Part shown: piece after piece, positions 27,525 through 37,495 of the stretch
Position numbering within the stretch: position 1 is the stretch's first letter
How the letters are laid out: the number at the start of each line of letters is the position of its first letter
DNA from: an uncultured Rhodospirillaceae bacterium
GTDB taxonomy: Bacteria > Pseudomonadota > Alphaproteobacteria > Rhodospirillales > UBA2165
Assembly: GCA_964493945.1 (NCBI GenBank)
Contig: CAZBQG010000004.1
Span: forward strand, 1-42,785
Reading direction: 5' to 3'
Length of the DNA stretch: 42,785 nucleotides
Made by a program: the position numbers and the translations under genes
Notes under the pieces: generated by a model
The model's input: only the letters and a program-made list of their open reading frames with translations
Told to the model about the DNA's origin: nothing
Databases searched by the model: none

Positions 27525-29222
27525 ATGGCGCCGGAAATCATTCTTTCGGAAAAGCGCATCCAGGAAACAAGAGCCGCCGGCCACTGGCCTGACCGGCTGA
27601 TCACCGATCATCTGGACGAGGCGGTGGCAGCCCACCCCGAAAAGCCGGCGATCATTGAATTCAAGGAAGCCACCCAGGAGACGCGGACCATAAGCTACGC
27701 GGAGCTTCACGCCGCCACCGGGCGTTTCGCCCTGGCCCTGGCGGCGGCGGGCATCGGGGCTAGCGATGTGGTTTCTTTTCAGATGCCTAACTGGTGGCAA
27801 TTCTCGGCCCTTCATTTCGCCTGCGTGCGTATCGGTGCCGTTACCAATCCCCTGATGCCCATCTACCGCCAGCGGGAACTTGCTTTCATGCTGGATGTGG
27901 CGGACAGCAAATTGCTGGTAGTGCCCGATCATTTCCGGGGTTTCGATTATCCGGAAATGATTGCCGAATTACGGGACGGCTTGCCGGCGCTGGAACATCT
28001 GTTCGTCATCAATGGGACCGGGCCGGACGGGTTCGCCGCCTATTTCGAAGACCAGGCCTGGGAGGAAGAAAGTGATGCGGGCGCATTATTTGCCGCCCGC
28101 CGCCCCGACCCCAACGCGCCTACCGAACTGCTCTATACGTCGGGCACGACAGGCGAGCCCAAAGGCGTGATCCATACCCACAATACCTTGCTCAGCATCA
28201 TGGAGCGCCATATCGAACTGATCGGGCTGGGGGCGGATGACATCATCTTGCAATCCGCGCCCGTCGCCCATCAGGCGGGTTTCCTGCATGGCGTTCTGGT
28301 CTCCGTCATGCTGGGCGCCACCATGGTCATGCATGATGTGTGGGACCCGGACCGGGCGGCGGAACTGATCGAGACCCACCGGGCCACTTATACAATGGGG
28401 GCCACCCCATTTTTGGCGGATCTGGCCAATTGCCAGGGCGCGGAGAACCGTGATCTAAGTTCTTTCAAGACCTTCGTCTGCGCCGGTGCCCCCATTCCCC
28501 GTTCCCTGGTGCCCCGTGCCACCGAAAGACTAGGCATCAATGTGATCGCCAGCTGGGGCATGACCGAATTCGGTACCTCCACTTCGACGCTGGTGGGCGA
28601 TCCCCAGGAAAAGATTTTCGGCACCGATGGTGGCCCGGTGCCGGGCATCGAGTTACGCGTCGTCGATGGGGATGAAAAAATCCTGCCCGCCGGCGAGGAA
28701 GGCCGCTTCCAGGTGCGGGGCATGTCCAAATTCGTCGGCTATGTGAAGCGGCCCGATCTTTATGGCCCCGATCCTGATGGCTGGTTCGATACGGGCGATC
28801 TGGCCCATATGGACGAAGACGGCTATATCCGCATCACCGGGCGTTCAAAAGACGTGATCATCCGGGGCGGTACGAATATCCCGGTGGTGGAGGTCGAGAA
28901 CGAAATATATCTGCACCCCGCCGTGCTGGAAGTGGCCATCGTCGCTATGCCCGATCCGCGCCTGGGCGAGCGGGCCTGCGCCTTCGTCGTGATGCAGCCG
29001 GATGGCAGGCTGGATTTCAAGGGCATGGTGGAATTTCTGTTGGGCAGGGGCATGGCCAGGAGCTACCTTCCCGAACGGCTGGAGATCGTCAGCGAGCTGC
29101 CCCTGACCCCCAGCGGCAAGGTTCAGAAATTCAAGCTCCGCGAACTGGCCGCTGGTTTCGATGAAAGCGGCATGGCCGAAGCGGTGCTCCATGGCACGGG
29201 CGAGAGGTTGGATGAGACATAG
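27525..29222 (+). CDS. AMP-dependent acyl-CoA synthetase/ligase
   Basis: AMP-binding motifs LLYTSGTTGEPKGV, GWFDTGDLAHMDEDGY and PSGKVQKFKLR. Confidence 0.9.
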   Translation: MAPEIILSEKRIQETRAAGHWPDRLITDHLDEAVAAHPEKPAIIEFKEATQETRTISYAELHAATGRFALALAAAGIGASDVVSFQMPNWWQFSALHFACVRIGAVTNPLMPIYRQRELAFMLDVADSKLLVVPDHFRGFDYPEMIAELRDGLPALEHLFVINGTGPDGFAAYFEDQAWEEESDAGALFAARRPDPNAPTELLYTSGTTGEPKGVIHTHNTLLSIMERHIELIGLGADDIILQSAPVAHQAGFLHGVLVSVMLGATMVMHDVWDPDRAAELIETHRATYTMGATPFLADLANCQGAENRDLSSFKTFVCAGAPIPRSLVPRATERLGINVIASWGMTEFGTSTSTLVGDPQEKIFGTDGGPVPGIELRVVDGDEKILPAGEEGRFQVRGMSKFVGYVKRPDLYGPDPDGWFDTGDLAHMDEDGYIRITGRSKDVIIRGGTNIPVVEVENEIYLHPAVLEVAIVAMPDPRLGERACAFVVMQPDGRLDFKGMVEFLLGRGMARSYLPERLEIVSELPLTPSGKVQKFKLRELAAGFDESGMAEAVLHGTGERLDET

Positions 29223-29226
29223 GCAT

Positions 29227-29997
29227 ATGGGACGGGTAGACAACAAATGTGCGCTGATCACCGGGGCCGGATCAGGATTGGGCCGGGCCTTCGCCATTCT
29301 GCTGGCCCAAGAGGGTGCCAAGGTCGCGGTGAGTGATATCGATGAGAAGGGGGTCAATGAAACCTCTGAGATGATTAATGCGGAAATTCCGGGTGCGGCC
29401 ATCGCCTACGGGTTGGACGTGACCGATGAAGACGGCTGGCAGGAGGTTTTGGAAGAAGCTAACAGCGCCATGGGCGGGCTTCATATATTGATCAATAATG
29501 CGGGTATCCCCGGGCGGGGCGATGTGGAAAAGATCGACTTCGATACTTGGAAACGGGTCCATAGCGTGGATTTGGACGGGGTGTTTCTGGGATGCAAATA
29601 CGCCATTCCCCACATGGAAAAATCCGGCGGTGGCTCCATCGTCAATATTTCCTCCGTAGCTGGGCTCATCGCCGGGCATAATCTGGCGGCCTATAATTCG
29701 GCCAAGGCGGCGGTGCGGCATTTCTCTAAATCCGTCGCCCTTCATTGCGCCAAGCAGGGCTACGACATCCGCTGCAATTCGGTCCTTCCCGCCTTCATCC
29801 GCACGCCCATCCTGCAGGCGCATTTTGACCGCTTCGGCGCCGAAGAAGCCGAGGCCAAGCTGGCCCGCCAAGTGCCCCTGGGGCGCATCGGCGAAAAAGA
29901 CGATGTGGCTTATGCGGTGCTCTATCTGGCAAGCGATGAATCCCGCTTTTTGACCGGCACCGAGCTGGTTATTGATGGCGGGATTAGCGCCATGTAG
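29227..29997 (+). CDS. short-chain dehydrogenase/reductase
   Basis: Start moved to ATG 29227. Motifs are TGAGSGLGRA (TGxxxGxG) and YNSAK (YxxxK). Confidence 0.9.
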   Translation: MGRVDNKCALITGAGSGLGRAFAILLAQEGAKVAVSDIDEKGVNETSEMINAEIPGAAIAYGLDVTDEDGWQEVLEEANSAMGGLHILINNAGIPGRGDVEKIDFDTWKRVHSVDLDGVFLGCKYAIPHMEKSGGGSIVNISSVAGLIAGHNLAAYNSAKAAVRHFSKSVALHCAKQGYDIRCNSVLPAFIRTPILQAHFDRFGAEEAEAKLARQVPLGRIGEKDDVAYAVLYLASDESRFLTGTELVIDGGISAM

Positions 29998-30008
29998 GGC
30001 ATACCGTT

Positions 30009-30425
30009 ATGACAAAAGTAGATGTAAGCGTCGATTTTGAACAACCGGCCACTGAAGTTTGGGCCAAGCTGGGCGATTTCACCGGCATCGGCGAATGGTT
30101 TCCGGGCATCGAGGGCTGCCAGTCCCAAAAGGGTGGCAAGCGTCGTCTGATCACGCTGCCCGATGGCAATTCGGTGATCGAAGAGGAAGTCGGGCGCGAC
30201 GAGGCGGGCATGAGTATGAGCTACAAGGTCATCGAGGCACCCATGCCCTTCAAGGATTATGTCAGCGCTATTTCCGTCGCCCCCAGGGGCGAAGGGTGCC
30301 GGGCTGATTGGATCGGCGATTTCACCCCCATCGGCGATGAGGACAAGGTGGCCAAACTGGTGCGCCGCATTTACGAAGTGAGTCTGGATGCCCTGGCCGC
30401 CCATTTGGCGGAGAACTCAAAGTAA
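30009..30425 (+). CDS. SRPBCC (Bet v1-like) family protein
   Basis: 138 aa. The call rests on size and the pattern WAKLGDFTGIGEWFPGIEGC only. Confidence 0.65.
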   Translation: MTKVDVSVDFEQPATEVWAKLGDFTGIGEWFPGIEGCQSQKGGKRRLITLPDGNSVIEEEVGRDEAGMSMSYKVIEAPMPFKDYVSAISVAPRGEGCRADWIGDFTPIGDEDKVAKLVRRIYEVSLDALAAHLAENSK

Positions 30426-32032
30426 TGACCCCCACTGTTACCGCCATGATCGCCGATCAGGCGCGCCGCCAACCCTCGGCCCCGGCCATACATTATAATG
30501 ACAGCGTAATCAGCTATGCCGATCTGGAACTGGCCGGTAAACGCGCTGCCCGTGGCTTGGCCGATCTGGGCGTGGGACCGGGCGACCGGGTGGCCTTGTG
30601 GCTGCCCACCACACCCGCCTTTTTGTTCATTTATCTGGGGCTGGCACGTTTGGGCGCCATCGCGGTTTCGGTCAATACGAGGTTCCGGGGCGCCGATGTG
30701 GGGGATATCATCGGGCGCAGTGGCGCCAAGGTTCTGGTCCTTTGGCCCGACTTCCGGGGGATCGATTTTCTGGGCATTCTGGAAGATGTGGACCCCGCCG
30801 CCCTGGACCGCCTGGAAACGGTTCTGCTTTATACCGAAGGTGCCAACGAGGTGCAGGATCCAGCTTTGCTTTCGGATCATATCAAGCGTGTCGCTTTTAC
30901 CGATTTGATGAAAAGCGGCCCATCGGACCAAGACAATGCCCAGCTCGGATTGGGCAGCAATATCTTCACTACGTCGGGCACCACCAAGGCGCCCAAATTC
31001 GTTCTCCACAGCCAGTCCAGCATGGTCACCCATGGGCTCCAGATTGCAGAGGATTTCGGCCTGGCGGTAGCACCGGGCCCCGTATTGGTTCCTCTGCCCC
31101 TTTGCGGCGTCTTCGGCTTTACCCCTTCCATGGCGGCCCTGGCGGGTGGCTGCCCACTGGTCCTGATGTCCAGCTTTGAGGCGGACCGGGCGGTGGAACT
31201 GGTGCGCCGCCTGGGCGTGGTCCATGCCAACCTTAGCGACACCATGATTCTGGCCATGCTGGATGCCGCCGACGGCGAGGTCGCCCTGCCCAGCATGCGT
31301 TTCGTCGGTTATGGCCAGTTCGACCCCAACCTGGACAATGTGGTGGAACGGGGGGATGCGCGTGGCCTCAGCATGATCGCGCTCTATGGCATGAGCGAGG
31401 TGCAGGCCCTGTTTTCGCGGCGTCTGGAAGACGAAGAACGCCGGGGCGTCGGCGGCGGCCGGCCCGTCTCGCCCGAGGGCCGGGTGCGGGTGCGCGATCC
31501 CGACAGTGGTGAATTGCTGGGCGTCGGCGAGACCGGCGAGCTGGAAGTGTATGGGCCGAGCCGCATGATCGAATATTTCGAAAATCCCCAGGCCACCCGT
31601 GATGCCCTTTACGAGGATGGTTTCATGCGCACCGGCGATCTGGGCTTTCTCGAAGATGATGGCGGTTTCACCTATCTGGCGCGCATGGGCGATGAGCTGC
31701 GTCTTGGCGGATTCCTCACCGCGCCCGCCGAGATCGAGGATTATCTGCGCACCCATCCCATGGTCGATGGCTGTCAGGTGGTGGGCGCCGATACGCCGTC
31801 AGGTCTGGGGGCCGTTGGCTTTATTACTTTGGCCCCGGGCCATGCGTTCCAGGAAGCTCTGCTGATCGAACATTGCCGTCAGGGGCTGGCACGCTATAAA
31901 ACCCCTGCCAGGATAATTCCCCTGGAGGACTTCCCCGTAACCCTGAGTGCCAACGGCACCAAAATTCAACGAGTGAAATTGCGCGAGATGGCGCAGGCGG
32001 AAATAAAAAAACAAGGAGAAACGAAAAAATGA
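30425..32032 (+). CDS. AMP-dependent acyl-CoA synthetase/ligase
   Basis: Motifs IFTTSGTTKAPKFV, GFMRTGDLGFLEDDG and NGTKIQRVKLR. The ATG overlaps the upstream TAA (TAATG). Confidence 0.9.
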   Translation: MTPTVTAMIADQARRQPSAPAIHYNDSVISYADLELAGKRAARGLADLGVGPGDRVALWLPTTPAFLFIYLGLARLGAIAVSVNTRFRGADVGDIIGRSGAKVLVLWPDFRGIDFLGILEDVDPAALDRLETVLLYTEGANEVQDPALLSDHIKRVAFTDLMKSGPSDQDNAQLGLGSNIFTTSGTTKAPKFVLHSQSSMVTHGLQIAEDFGLAVAPGPVLVPLPLCGVFGFTPSMAALAGGCPLVLMSSFEADRAVELVRRLGVVHANLSDTMILAMLDAADGEVALPSMRFVGYGQFDPNLDNVVERGDARGLSMIALYGMSEVQALFSRRLEDEERRGVGGGRPVSPEGRVRVRDPDSGELLGVGETGELEVYGPSRMIEYFENPQATRDALYEDGFMRTGDLGFLEDDGGFTYLARMGDELRLGGFLTAPAEIEDYLRTHPMVDGCQVVGADTPSGLGAVGFITLAPGHAFQEALLIEHCRQGLARYKTPARIIPLEDFPVTLSANGTKIQRVKLREMAQAEIKKQGETKK

Positions 32033-32781
32033 TCGAGATGGATAAACAAGGCAAGGTGGCCGTTCTCACCCTCAACCGGCCCAAGGTGAATGCCATCAAC
32101 CAGGAATGGATGACCATTTTCAATTCCATTCTGGATGATCTGGAAAATGCTTCGGATATCGGCGTGGTGCGCATCCGGTCCGACTTCAAAGTGTTCTGCG
32201 CCGGATTTGATATCGGCTTGATCAAGCAGCATCTGGAAAGCGATGACGGCGCCGATGCCCAGATCGTTGATACGAAAAGACTGCAAGACGTCTATACCCG
32301 GATCGAACAATTGCCCCAGGTGGTGATCGCCGAAATCAATGGGGCGGCCATGGGGGGCGGGCTGGAAATGGCCCTTTGTTGCGATCTGCGCATTGCGGCA
32401 AACGAAGCCAAAATGGGCCTGCCCGAAGCCACCCTGGGCCAGGTGCCCGGCGCCGGCGGCACGCAGCGCCTCACCCGGCTTTGCGGCAAAGGCGTGTCGG
32501 CGCGCATCATACTGGCCTGCGAGATGGTGGATGGGGTGACGGCTGAGCATTTGGGCATCGTCAATTACTCGGTTCCGCTGGCCGATCTGGAAGCTGCGGG
32601 CGCGGGTCTGGCACAACGCATATCGGTCCATCCGCCGGCCACCCTGAAGGCATCCAAGCGCTGCATCGCGGCCCAGGCCGATCCGGATCAGGACGGCTTC
32701 GCCCTGGAAATGGAGCTTAATCACGGCCTGTTGGGCACGCCCGAGACCGAGGCCCTGGTCAACGCCTTCTTCAACCGTTAG
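32029..32781 (+). CDS. enoyl-CoA hydratase/isomerase (crotonase) family
   Basis: Motifs FCAGFDI and AAMGGGLEMALCCDLRIA. It has an ATGA overlap with the ligase gene. Confidence 0.9.
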   Translation: MIEMDKQGKVAVLTLNRPKVNAINQEWMTIFNSILDDLENASDIGVVRIRSDFKVFCAGFDIGLIKQHLESDDGADAQIVDTKRLQDVYTRIEQLPQVVIAEINGAAMGGGLEMALCCDLRIAANEAKMGLPEATLGQVPGAGGTQRLTRLCGKGVSARIILACEMVDGVTAEHLGIVNYSVPLADLEAAGAGLAQRISVHPPATLKASKRCIAAQADPDQDGFALEMELNHGLLGTPETEALVNAFFNR

Positions 32782-32788
32782 GCCCCAC

Positions 32789-32808
32789 GGGAGGGTAAGG
32801 GAGGGTAA
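32789..32808 (+). repeat. perfect tandem duplication of a 10-nt Shine-Dalgarno unit (GGGAGGGTAA x2)
   Basis: Read directly as gggagggtaa gggagggtaa, followed by gct and then GTG 32812 of the cupin gene. Confidence 0.8.
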
Positions 32809-32811
32809 GCT

Positions 32812-33345
32812 GTGATCGAAAATATCAGGCGCATCGTCACCGCCAACAATGCCGAAGGCGCCTCCGTCGTCGCCTTCGACGGCGCACCCGAAGGCCAGGC
32901 CGGAGCGGGCCGCCGGGGCATCGTTGAAATCTGGAACACCGAGCCGGGCCCGGTGGACCCGGCCGATCATACCGATCGGGCCCTGCCGCCGGTGGTGCTG
33001 GAGCCGGACGAGCATGGCACCAAATTTTTCTATTTCACCGTGCCGCCGGAAGAGCCTGGCATGACCCGGGAAGAGAACGAAGCCAGGGCCAAGGCCACCT
33101 TTGAAGCCTATGGGGCGACCGGGGCCCATGGTGGCAACGAACGCAGCCCCTGGATGCACAAGACCCGCACGGTGGATTACATTATTTTGCTTTCCGGCGA
33201 AGTGACCCTTTTGCTGGATGAAGAGGAACGCGCCCTCAAACCCTTCGACATCGTCATCCAGCGGGGCACCAACCATGCCTGGGTCAATACCGGCCCCGAT
33301 GAAGCCCTGCTGGTGGCCATTCTCATGGATGCGGAGATCGTCTGA
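32812..33345 (+). CDS. cupin-domain protein
   Basis: GTG start behind the duplicated SD. The C-terminal barrel pattern is MHKTRTVDYIILLSGEVTLLLD...IVIQRGTNHAWVN. Confidence 0.7.
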   Translation: MIENIRRIVTANNAEGASVVAFDGAPEGQAGAGRRGIVEIWNTEPGPVDPADHTDRALPPVVLEPDEHGTKFFYFTVPPEEPGMTREENEARAKATFEAYGATGAHGGNERSPWMHKTRTVDYIILLSGEVTLLLDEEERALKPFDIVIQRGTNHAWVNTGPDEALLVAILMDAEIV

Positions 33346-34127
33346 TGCATAAGGATATGTTTTCTCTGGCAGGCAAGGTGGCCGTGGTCACCGGCGCCTC
33401 CAAAGGGATTGGCAAGGCCATCGCCATGGCCATGGCCGGCGCCGGCGCCCGGGTCGTGGTTTCCAGCCGCAAACAGGATGCCTGCGAGGCGGTGGCCGGC
33501 GAAATCAACGAGGCGGGCGGTGAGGCCATGGCTCTGCCCTGCAATATTTCCAGCCGGGAAGAGCTGGATGGGCTTATTGATGGCACATTGGATGCCTGGG
33601 GGCGGATTGATGTTTTGGTGCCCAACGCGGCGGTCAATCCCTATTACGGGCCCTTGGCCGAGCTAAGCGACGAAGCCTATGACAAGAGCATGGACAGCAA
33701 TGTCAGGAATCTTTTGTTTCTCTGCAACAAGGCCTTGCCCCATATGGTGGAGGTGGGCGGCGGCGCCGTGGTGATTATTTCTTCCATCGGCGGTTTTTCA
33801 GGATCGGACACGCTGGGCATTTACACCCTGACAAAGGCGGCGGATTTTCAACTGGGCCGCAACCTGGCCGTGGAATGGGGGCGGCGCGGCATCCGGGTCA
33901 ACTGTATCGCCCCCGGCCTGGTCAAGACCGACTTCGCCCGCGCCCTTTGGGAAAACCCGGTGATCCTGGATGAGCGGCTGGAAACCTGCCCCCTGGGACG
34001 CATCGGCGAGTCCGACGATGTCGCCGGCGTCGCCCTGTTCCTGGCGTCGGACGCGGCCCGCTATCTGACCGGGCAGGTGCTGACAGTGGATGGCGGGATA
34101 TCCATTTGCAACACGCGTTATGTCTGA
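33345..34127 (+). CDS. short-chain dehydrogenase/reductase
   Basis: Motifs TGASKGIGKA and YTLTKAA (YxxxK). It has a TGATG overlap with the cupin gene. Confidence 0.9.
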   Translation: MHKDMFSLAGKVAVVTGASKGIGKAIAMAMAGAGARVVVSSRKQDACEAVAGEINEAGGEAMALPCNISSREELDGLIDGTLDAWGRIDVLVPNAAVNPYYGPLAELSDEAYDKSMDSNVRNLLFLCNKALPHMVEVGGGAVVIISSIGGFSGSDTLGIYTLTKAADFQLGRNLAVEWGRRGIRVNCIAPGLVKTDFARALWENPVILDERLETCPLGRIGESDDVAGVALFLASDAARYLTGQVLTVDGGISICNTRYV

Positions 34128-34232
34128 TGGGCGGACTGATTCCCGGGGGTCATGGATTGACAGTGAAAGGCTTTGGGATTAGGCAAGGCCATATGCCCAA
34201 AGTGAGGCTGGATATGGGGGGAGAACGGAAAA

Positions 34233-35438
34233 ATGGATTTTGAACATTCGGATAAGGTAAAGGAATTGCAAGAACGCGTTTGGCAATTCATGAACACCCA
34301 TATCCTGCCCAACGAAGAAAAGCTGGAAGCCGAAATCGAAGAGGGCGACCGCTTCAAGGTCCTGCCCACCATGGAGGAATTGAAGGCCAAGGCCAAGGCC
34401 GAAGGGCTTTGGAACATGTTCCTTCCCGATAGCGAAAAGGGATTTGGCCTGACCAATCTGGAATATGCCCCCCTTTGTGAAATCATGGGCTGGTGCCATT
34501 TCGCACCAGAGGTCTTCAACTGTTCGGCCCCCGATACGGGCAATATGGAAATCCTGGAGCGGTTTGCGTCGGATACCGTCAAGGAAAAATGGCTGAAGCC
34601 CCTGTTGGCCGGCGAAATCCGATCCGCCTTCGCCATGACCGAGCCCGCCGTGGCTTCTTCCGACGCCACCAATATCGAAGCCCATATCCAGCGCGACGGC
34701 GACGAATATGTCATCAATGGGCGCAAATGGTGGATTTCCGGGATCGGCGATCCCCGCTGCAAGGTGATGATCTTCATGGGCAAGACGGCGCCCGATATCG
34801 ACGACCGCTACCGCCAGCAATCCATGATCGTCGTGCCCACCGATGCTGAGGGCTTCAAGATCGAACGCTTGCTGCCCGTGTTCGGTTTTGATGCCGCGCC
34901 CCATGGGCATGGCCAGATTTCCTTCGATAATGTGCGGGTGCCGGCGGATAATATTTTATTGGGCGAAGGGCGTGGCTTTGAGATTGCCCAGGCCCGCCTT
35001 GGCCCGGGGCGCATCCATCATTGCATGCGTTCCATCGGGGTGGCCGAGCGGACCCTGGAACAGATGTGCAAACGGGTCCGGTCGCGTCATGCGTTTGGTA
35101 AATATGTCTCCGAGCAGACCGTCACCCAGGAGCGCATCGCCGAGTCCCGCATCATGATAGATCAAGCCAGGCTTCTGGTTTTGCAGACGGCGGATAAGAT
35201 GGACCGCATAGGCAATAAGGATTCGCGGAAAGAGATCGCCATGATCAAGGTGTCCGTTCCCAACATGGCCTGCAAGATCATCGATTGGGCGATCCAGGCC
35301 TATGGCGGTGCCGGGGTAACCACTGATCCGGGGCTGGCCGCCGCCTATGCCGTGCAGCGGACCCTGCGTCTGGCCGATGGGCCCGACGAGGTGCACCGCA
35401 ATCAGATCGCGCGCCTTGAAATGCGGCGCTATAATTAG
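34233..35438 (+). CDS. acyl-CoA dehydrogenase of the ACAD10/ACAD11/FadE2 type
   Basis: Motifs [15 protein letters not shown] and WWISG. The C-terminus reads LADGPDEVH where classical ACADs have YEGT. Confidence 0.9.
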   Translation: MDFEHSDKVKELQERVWQFMNTHILPNEEKLEAEIEEGDRFKVLPTMEELKAKAKAEGLWNMFLPDSEKGFGLTNLEYAPLCEIMGWCHFAPEVFNCSAPDTGNMEILERFASDTVKEKWLKPLLAGEIRSAFAMTEPAVASSDATNIEAHIQRDGDEYVINGRKWWISGIGDPRCKVMIFMGKTAPDIDDRYRQQSMIVVPTDAEGFKIERLLPVFGFDAAPHGHGQISFDNVRVPADNILLGEGRGFEIAQARLGPGRIHHCMRSIGVAERTLEQMCKRVRSRHAFGKYVSEQTVTQERIAESRIMIDQARLLVLQTADKMDRIGNKDSRKEIAMIKVSVPNMACKIIDWAIQAYGGAGVTTDPGLAAAYAVQRTLRLADGPDEVHRNQIARLEMRRYN

Positions 35439-35446
35439 GTAGGTAG

Positions 35447-36508
35447 ATGGCGGATCAAAATCATACGGGCGAAATGGAAGTGGTCGAGGTGCGCGAAGCG
35501 CACCGTTTCGACGAGGCCGTCCTCACCGCCTATTTGAGCGACAATATGGATGGCTTTGAGGGGCCCATTGAATTACGCCAATTCGCCGGTGGGCAATCCA
35601 ATCCCACTTTCGTTATGAGCGCGGCTTCTGGGGAATATGTGCTGCGCAAACAGCCCCCCGGCGAGCTTCTGCCTTCGGCCCACCGTGTGGACCGGGAATA
35701 TAGGGTCATGTCGGGCCTTAAAGGGACCGGCGTGCCCGTGCCCGTCATGCATCATCTTTGCCGGGACAAGGAAATCATCGGCACGGATTTTTTCGTGATG
35801 GAAAAGATCGAGGGACGGGTGTTCCACGACCCCCGCCTGCCGGGGCTGGACCCGGCCCAGCGCACGGCCATCTATGATCAGTTCATCGATACCTTGGCCG
35901 AAATGCATATGGTGGATCTGGCCGCCCAGGGGCTGGAGGAATATGGCCGGCCCGGAAATTATTTCGCCCGCCAGATCGATCGCTGGTCACAGCAATATGT
36001 GGCCTCCAAGACCGAGGAAATACCGGCCATGGACAGCCTCATGGCTTGGCTTGCGGAAAATGTGCCGGAAAGCGAAGAGGCCAGCATCGTCCATGGCGAT
36101 TACCGCATGGGCAATTGTATCATTCATCCGGCCGAGCCCAAAATCCTGGCCGTACTGGATTGGGAGCTTTCCACATTAGGGCATCCATTTGCCGATGTAG
36201 CCTATACCTGCATGGGCTATCACGGTGATCTGATAGAGGATAATTTCAGCGGCATGGATCTGGCCGCCCTGGGATTGCCCGACGAGGAATATTTTCTGAA
36301 CCGCTACTCAGCCCGCACCAAACGGGGTAAGATTGAAAATTGGGAATTCTACGTGGCCTTCGGCGGTTTTCGTTCGGCGGCCATCATTCAAGGTGTCTAT
36401 AAACGTGGCCTGGAAGGCATTGCCAGTTCGGCCGGGACCGAGCGCTTCGCCGGCAAATGCGCATCCCGCGCCGCGTCGGCCTGGGTCCTGATCAAGGATT
36501 ATGTCTAA
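35447..36508 (+). CDS. APH/choline-kinase-fold phosphotransferase
   Basis: FAGGQSNPTF, an intact HGDYRMGN catalytic loop, and LDWELS. It starts 8 nt after the ACAD. Confidence 0.85.
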   Translation: MADQNHTGEMEVVEVREAHRFDEAVLTAYLSDNMDGFEGPIELRQFAGGQSNPTFVMSAASGEYVLRKQPPGELLPSAHRVDREYRVMSGLKGTGVPVPVMHHLCRDKEIIGTDFFVMEKIEGRVFHDPRLPGLDPAQRTAIYDQFIDTLAEMHMVDLAAQGLEEYGRPGNYFARQIDRWSQQYVASKTEEIPAMDSLMAWLAENVPESEEASIVHGDYRMGNCIIHPAEPKILAVLDWELSTLGHPFADVAYTCMGYHGDLIEDNFSGMDLAALGLPDEEYFLNRYSARTKRGKIENWEFYVAFGGFRSAAIIQGVYKRGLEGIASSAGTERFAGKCASRAASAWVLIKDYV

Positions 36509-36581
36509 CAAGGGAACAAACGCCCGTGACCATGGCTTTTGGCACGGATATTCCATAACCACCTAGAAGGAAAACCAAGCA

Positions 36582-37409
36582 ATGGATGTTTTCAGACGTA
36601 TCAAGGCAAGCGACATAAAGCCCAAACATTTCGACTGGAAGGTGGATGGCCCCGTGGCCACCATCACCATCGATATTCCGGACCGCAAGAACCCGCTCAC
36701 CTTTCAAAGCTATGGGGAACTGCGCGATACCTTCCGTGATCTGCAATTTGTCAAGGACGTGACTTCCGTGGTGATCACCGGTGCCGGCGGCAATTTCTGT
36801 TCGGGCGGCGACGTGAACGACATCATCGGGCCCCTGTTTGAGATGGGCGTGGACGGCGTGCTAGAGTTCAACCAGATGGCCGGCGATCTGGTCAAGGCCA
36901 TGCGCGCCTGCCCCCAGCCCATCGTCGCCGCCATCGACGGCATGTGTGTGGGCGCCGGCGCCATCTTGGCCATGGCCTCGGACATCCGTTATGGCACGCC
37001 AGACTCAAAAGTGGGATTCTTGTTCGTCAAGGTGGGACTGCCCGGCTGCGACATGGGTGCGTGCGGCATCCTGCCCCGCATCGTCGGCTTTGGGCGGGCC
37101 GCCGAATTGCTCTATACGGGCCGCCTCATGCCCGGCGACGAAGCCCTCTCTATGGGCTTTTATAACCGTGTCTGCGCTCCGGACGAGGTATTGCAGATAG
37201 CCACCGACATGGCCAAGAAGCTGTCCGCAGGACCTACATTTGCCAATGCCATCACCAAACGTCAGATGCACAAGGAATGGGATATGGGCATCAACGAGTT
37301 GGTTGATTCGGAAGGTCAGGCCATGGCCATCGCCATGTATTCAAAGGATTTCCGCCGCGCCTATGAGGCCTTCACCTCCAAACAAAGGCCCAAATTCGAA
37401 GGCGACTGA
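36582..37409 (+). CDS. enoyl-CoA hydratase/isomerase (crotonase) family
   Basis: Motifs FCSGGDV and [16 protein letters not shown]. Confidence 0.9.
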   Translation: MDVFRRIKASDIKPKHFDWKVDGPVATITIDIPDRKNPLTFQSYGELRDTFRDLQFVKDVTSVVITGAGGNFCSGGDVNDIIGPLFEMGVDGVLEFNQMAGDLVKAMRACPQPIVAAIDGMCVGAGAILAMASDIRYGTPDSKVGFLFVKVGLPGCDMGACGILPRIVGFGRAAELLYTGRLMPGDEALSMGFYNRVCAPDEVLQIATDMAKKLSAGPTFANAITKRQMHKEWDMGINELVDSEGQAMAIAMYSKDFRRAYEAFTSKQRPKFEGD

Positions 37410-37423
37410 ACGAACCAGACTGC

Positions 37424-37461
37424 CCGGCGCCCGGCCCTTGACCTAAGGGCAGGGCCGCCGG
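37424..37461 (+). terminator. GC-rich imperfect hairpin (about 15 bp, 5-nt loop) after the operon; possible terminator or processing site
   Basis: Hand-folded ccggcgcccggccctt gacct aagggcagggccgccgg, with one bulge and one mismatch. It is followed only by TT, so it is not a canonical U-tract terminator. Confidence 0.3.
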
Positions 37462-37495
37462 TTAAATGCGAGCTTGAAAACAGGGAGTTTACCCC

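Noticed and set aside
34157-34185. A perfect TTGACA -35 hexamer in the 105-bp gap before the ACAD10-type gene. I considered an internal promoter.
   Set aside because: At 17-nt spacing the -10 candidate is TAGGCA, only 2 of 6 matches to TATAAT, and no better -10 lies at 16-18 nt. That is not enough for a promoter call.
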